A stretch of 63,073 bases of DNA, counting the filler, from Bilabrum cf. latius (lineage: Eukaryota), in the NCBI GenBank assembly GCA_965178125.1. It is 2 parts of 2 records of this genome, joined end to end, with 100 filler letters (N's around TTAATTAATTAA, not from the genome) between each part and the next. Parts side by side here need not be neighbours in the genome. Positions count along the whole stretch, not along the records: positions 31,714 to 63,073 come from CBCXTV010000016.1; 1 more part is not named here. One strand, given 5' to 3'. A program made the translations under genes and the position numbers. Under the pieces are notes generated by a model. The model made no database searches and had not been told where the DNA came from. It was given only the letters and a program-made list of their open reading frames with translations. This document shows positions 60,555 through 63,073 of this stretch, piece after piece. How positions within the stretch are numbered: position 1 is the first letter of the stretch; each line of letters opens with the position of its first letter.

Positions 60555-61257
60555 AGGCGCGCCACGCAAGCATCATATGACGACATAGTTCATGGAAGTG
60601 TTGTGGTTTGACAGGTGAATCGGAAGCATGCCATCCCGTGTGAATTTGGGTTCATTGCGCATCATGACATGGATGACTCTCAGGCGAAAGAATTGCGGCG
60701 AAAGAGACGCGCTACTGCATGAAGACCACCGGCTGACAAAAGGAGACCAGCAGACGCACCAGAGCGACACGAGAAACAAAATCGGCGAAGAGTGAAACGT
60801 CCATAAACCAGGGAGAGGAGAGAAAAACAGGCCACATCAGCCAGAATCGGAAGAAATTGGCCAGAACCGACCGAAGTCCATAAGACATCGCATTCGTAGA
60901 TCTGCATCCCCAAAATCGTTGCAAACCACCCCTTCCCGCCGACATCGGACCAGATTTGACGAAAAACGTGCGAAAATGCATAGGAGGAGAGGGGGAATGT
61001 GGGGCGGGAATGGACGGAAATCGCGAAAATCCCCAAAAAAACCAGGAACATCGGCCCAGATGAGGTCAAAACTGTGCAAATTACCACAAAAATGCCCCCC
61101 CCAAATCCAGAGAAATCGCGAAAATCTTAGAAAAAATGGGAAAATTGGGCTAAATTCTGTGGAACAATTGCCCAAAACGAGGCGAAATGTGGCCGAAGCG
61201 TGGAAATCTCCCTAGCGCTTCGGCCCTAAATGGTCCAAACCTAGTGTAAAATGAAGA

Positions 61258-61347
61258 AAAAAAGGGGGCCGAAGCGCCGAAGCGCTGGAAAGCGCTTTAA
61301 ATATTTAAAAGCCTTTCCCAGCGCTTCTGCTTCGCCCCCCCTTTTTT
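61258..61347. other. Putative origin hairpin (B copy 3)
   Basis: Same palindrome as 47540-47629. Confidence 0.6.
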
Positions 61348-62240
61348 AAGGGAAAATTGACCTCCAGAAAAGCAGAGGCCCAAACCAGGCAAAACCGAAA
61401 AGAAATGCCTCCAAAAAACGTGCGCGAGAAGCACGCATCGGAAAAAACAACCACTGAAAACAAGTGCCGGCCATACAATCATTAAGGGGTCCCCGTGTTG
61501 TGGATGTGGGCGCTTGCATCGTGATGGGAGAATATCGTGGGATCGTTTGTAGTCTGTTAAGGTGTTTGCGGGAAGGAAACGAGGTCGAAAAGGAGACCTA
61601 GGTATAGGGAAGCAGGGACCCAGGGGAAAGCATGCCATGTGTCGGAAAGTGGATGAAAGAGCGTGTGACGGGCACGTGGAATCGACTTGGATCCGGCAGT
61701 GGGAATCACTCGTTCTATGTCGGGAGACGTGAGGTTCCGGTGCACATCGTTGGAAAAGGCGAGGGCGTGAGGTGAGGGTAGAGGTATAAAGAAAATCCTG
61801 GTGAGGCCGTTTGAGTCTGCGCTTCGAGGAGAAGCGAAAGGCATTTGAGGGAATTTCGGACGCGAGGTGTTCTGAATGGTTGCACGTGTGGGATGCATCA
61901 TGTAGGAACAGGAATGTGAATTCGTCTGGCTTTTCGCCGTGCGCCCGTTGAGAGCTGCCGGTGTTTCCTTTTTCGGCATGTCCTTTTTGTCGTGTGTTCC
62001 ATTGACATCACGGGGTGCATACGGTAGCCTTGCGTCGCTTCACACCGCAGGAATCTGTGGAGTTCCCGGTGTCAATGCTCTCCATGTTCCCCTCAGCATG
62101 GTCACATTCGACATGGGGTCCTCTGCACAGTCCATGTGCGAGCACTCGGCGTCATGCTCTGAATCATCGTCGCCTCGTTTGCATTTTTTTTCTGTCGGAG
62201 TTGCCCAAGTGCCGAGCGGATTGTGACGCTTCGGAGTGCG

Positions 62241-63073
62241 ATGTCGTCCTCGACTGGGCAAGCTGTGGAGCATCCGACGAAGCGCCGTCGCTTTTCCGTG
62301 AAGCGACCGCCCGCGGTGGCGTCAGCGCGTGTGCCCGTGCACGAGCCGGTCTTGCCTGAGTCTCAGGCGAGCTCCGCCGCTCCGTCTGTGCACCCATCTC
62401 CGTCTGCCGCCCAAGCCGCAGGCAGTGCTGACGGTGCGCGCCGACGCGACATTGCCCTCGGGGCTGTCGCAGATCAATCCGCGAGCAGCTCTCTGGATCA
62501 CGCTGCGTACACAAAGTTGTGGCTACGCCTGTCGCGATGGGTCGTGTCGAGTGGGACGGCGGCGGAGAAGACTGTATGGGCGACCCACGGTTTACGCCGC
62601 GAGCCCGGCAGTGTCCTGCGCGATGACCAGTGCGCGCTGCTGCGCCGTTTTCTGGATAGTCGGTCCGATCTTCCGGAATGTGTGCAGCAGGTTGGCGCGT
62701 GTCTCATCCGCGGCCACCGGTCTGGCTCCCAAGGCGTCCAAGGCGGTGCTTCTGAGAGCCGTCCCGCGACGCGTTTGTTTTTGTTGAATGGGCCATGGGG
62801 GCTTGTGCCTTCCTTGATTTTTCAACCAGGCAACCCGGCAGTGGACGTCGACATGGTTGCGATGTCTGTGTCGTTATCGGCGTGGTTTACTGCGCTGCGT
62901 GTTGCCTTTCTTGCGTGGCTCATGCCCTTTGTGGAGCACTGGCGTGTTGTACAGTATGTGTGGTGCGCGGAAGTGTCGCCGACGACCATTCGTGCTCCCC
63001 ACTCGCAAGCCCGTGTTCATTTTCACATTGCATTGCGTGCGCCCTCGGCGGTGTTAGAGTACTTCACGGGTGT
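62241..63073 (+). CDS. rep: HUH+SF3 Rep, truncated by window end
   Basis: Matches 48522 onward through motif II. Confidence 0.85.
   Translation, partial: MSSSTGQAVEHPTKRRRFSVKRPPAVASARVPVHEPVLPESQASSAAPSVHPSPSAAQAAGSADGARRRDIALGAVADQSASSSLDHAAYTKLWLRLSRWVVSSGTAAEKTVWATHGLRREPGSVLRDDQCALLRRFLDSRSDLPECVQQVGACLIRGHRSGSQGVQGGASESRPATRLFLLNGPWGLVPSLIFQPGNPAVDVDMVAMSVSLSAWFTALRVAFLAWLMPFVEHWRVVQYVWCAEVSPTTIRAPHSQARVHFHIALRAPSAVLEYFTG

Larger units (their letters stand above)
31714..63073 (+). repeat. Head-to-tail array of ~2.3 copies of ~13.7 kb element B
   Basis: AACGACCGTCTTCCTCAATTTCG occurs at 31714, 45427 and 59145 (periods 13713 and 13718). Confidence 0.95.

Overview
This is GC-rich eukaryotic repetitive DNA, probably from a dinoflagellate-like protist (inferred from AAG|GC/GT...AG|G introns). 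It consists of two contigs joined by an artificial N-TTAATTAATTAA-N linker (31614-31713). Each contig carries repeated copies of a ~13.6 kb mobile element; the two elements are divergent but syntenic. Element A (complete copy 16900-30456, genes on -) and element B (complete copy 38443-52133, genes on +) share this layout: imperfect ~50 bp terminal inverted repeat, conserved ~150 aa ORF-X, variable cargo (GT25-like glycosyltransferase in A; Zn-finger and ADP-ribosyltransferase-like genes in B), intron-containing pogo-type DD35D transposase, overlapping small coiled-coil ORF, hairpin origin (TAATATTAC apex in A), gemini/genomovirus-like HUH+SF3 Rep, terminal inverted repeat. The ends abut a single CTG/CAG trinucleotide. 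A copies flank two 5.7 kb mosaic repeats and end in a fold-back; B forms a head-to-tail array of about 2.3 copies. The main candidate novelty is a TIR transposon that carries a CRESS-type rolling-circle replicon. Many small indels are probably long-read errors. All protein calls come from motif reading only, with no database search.
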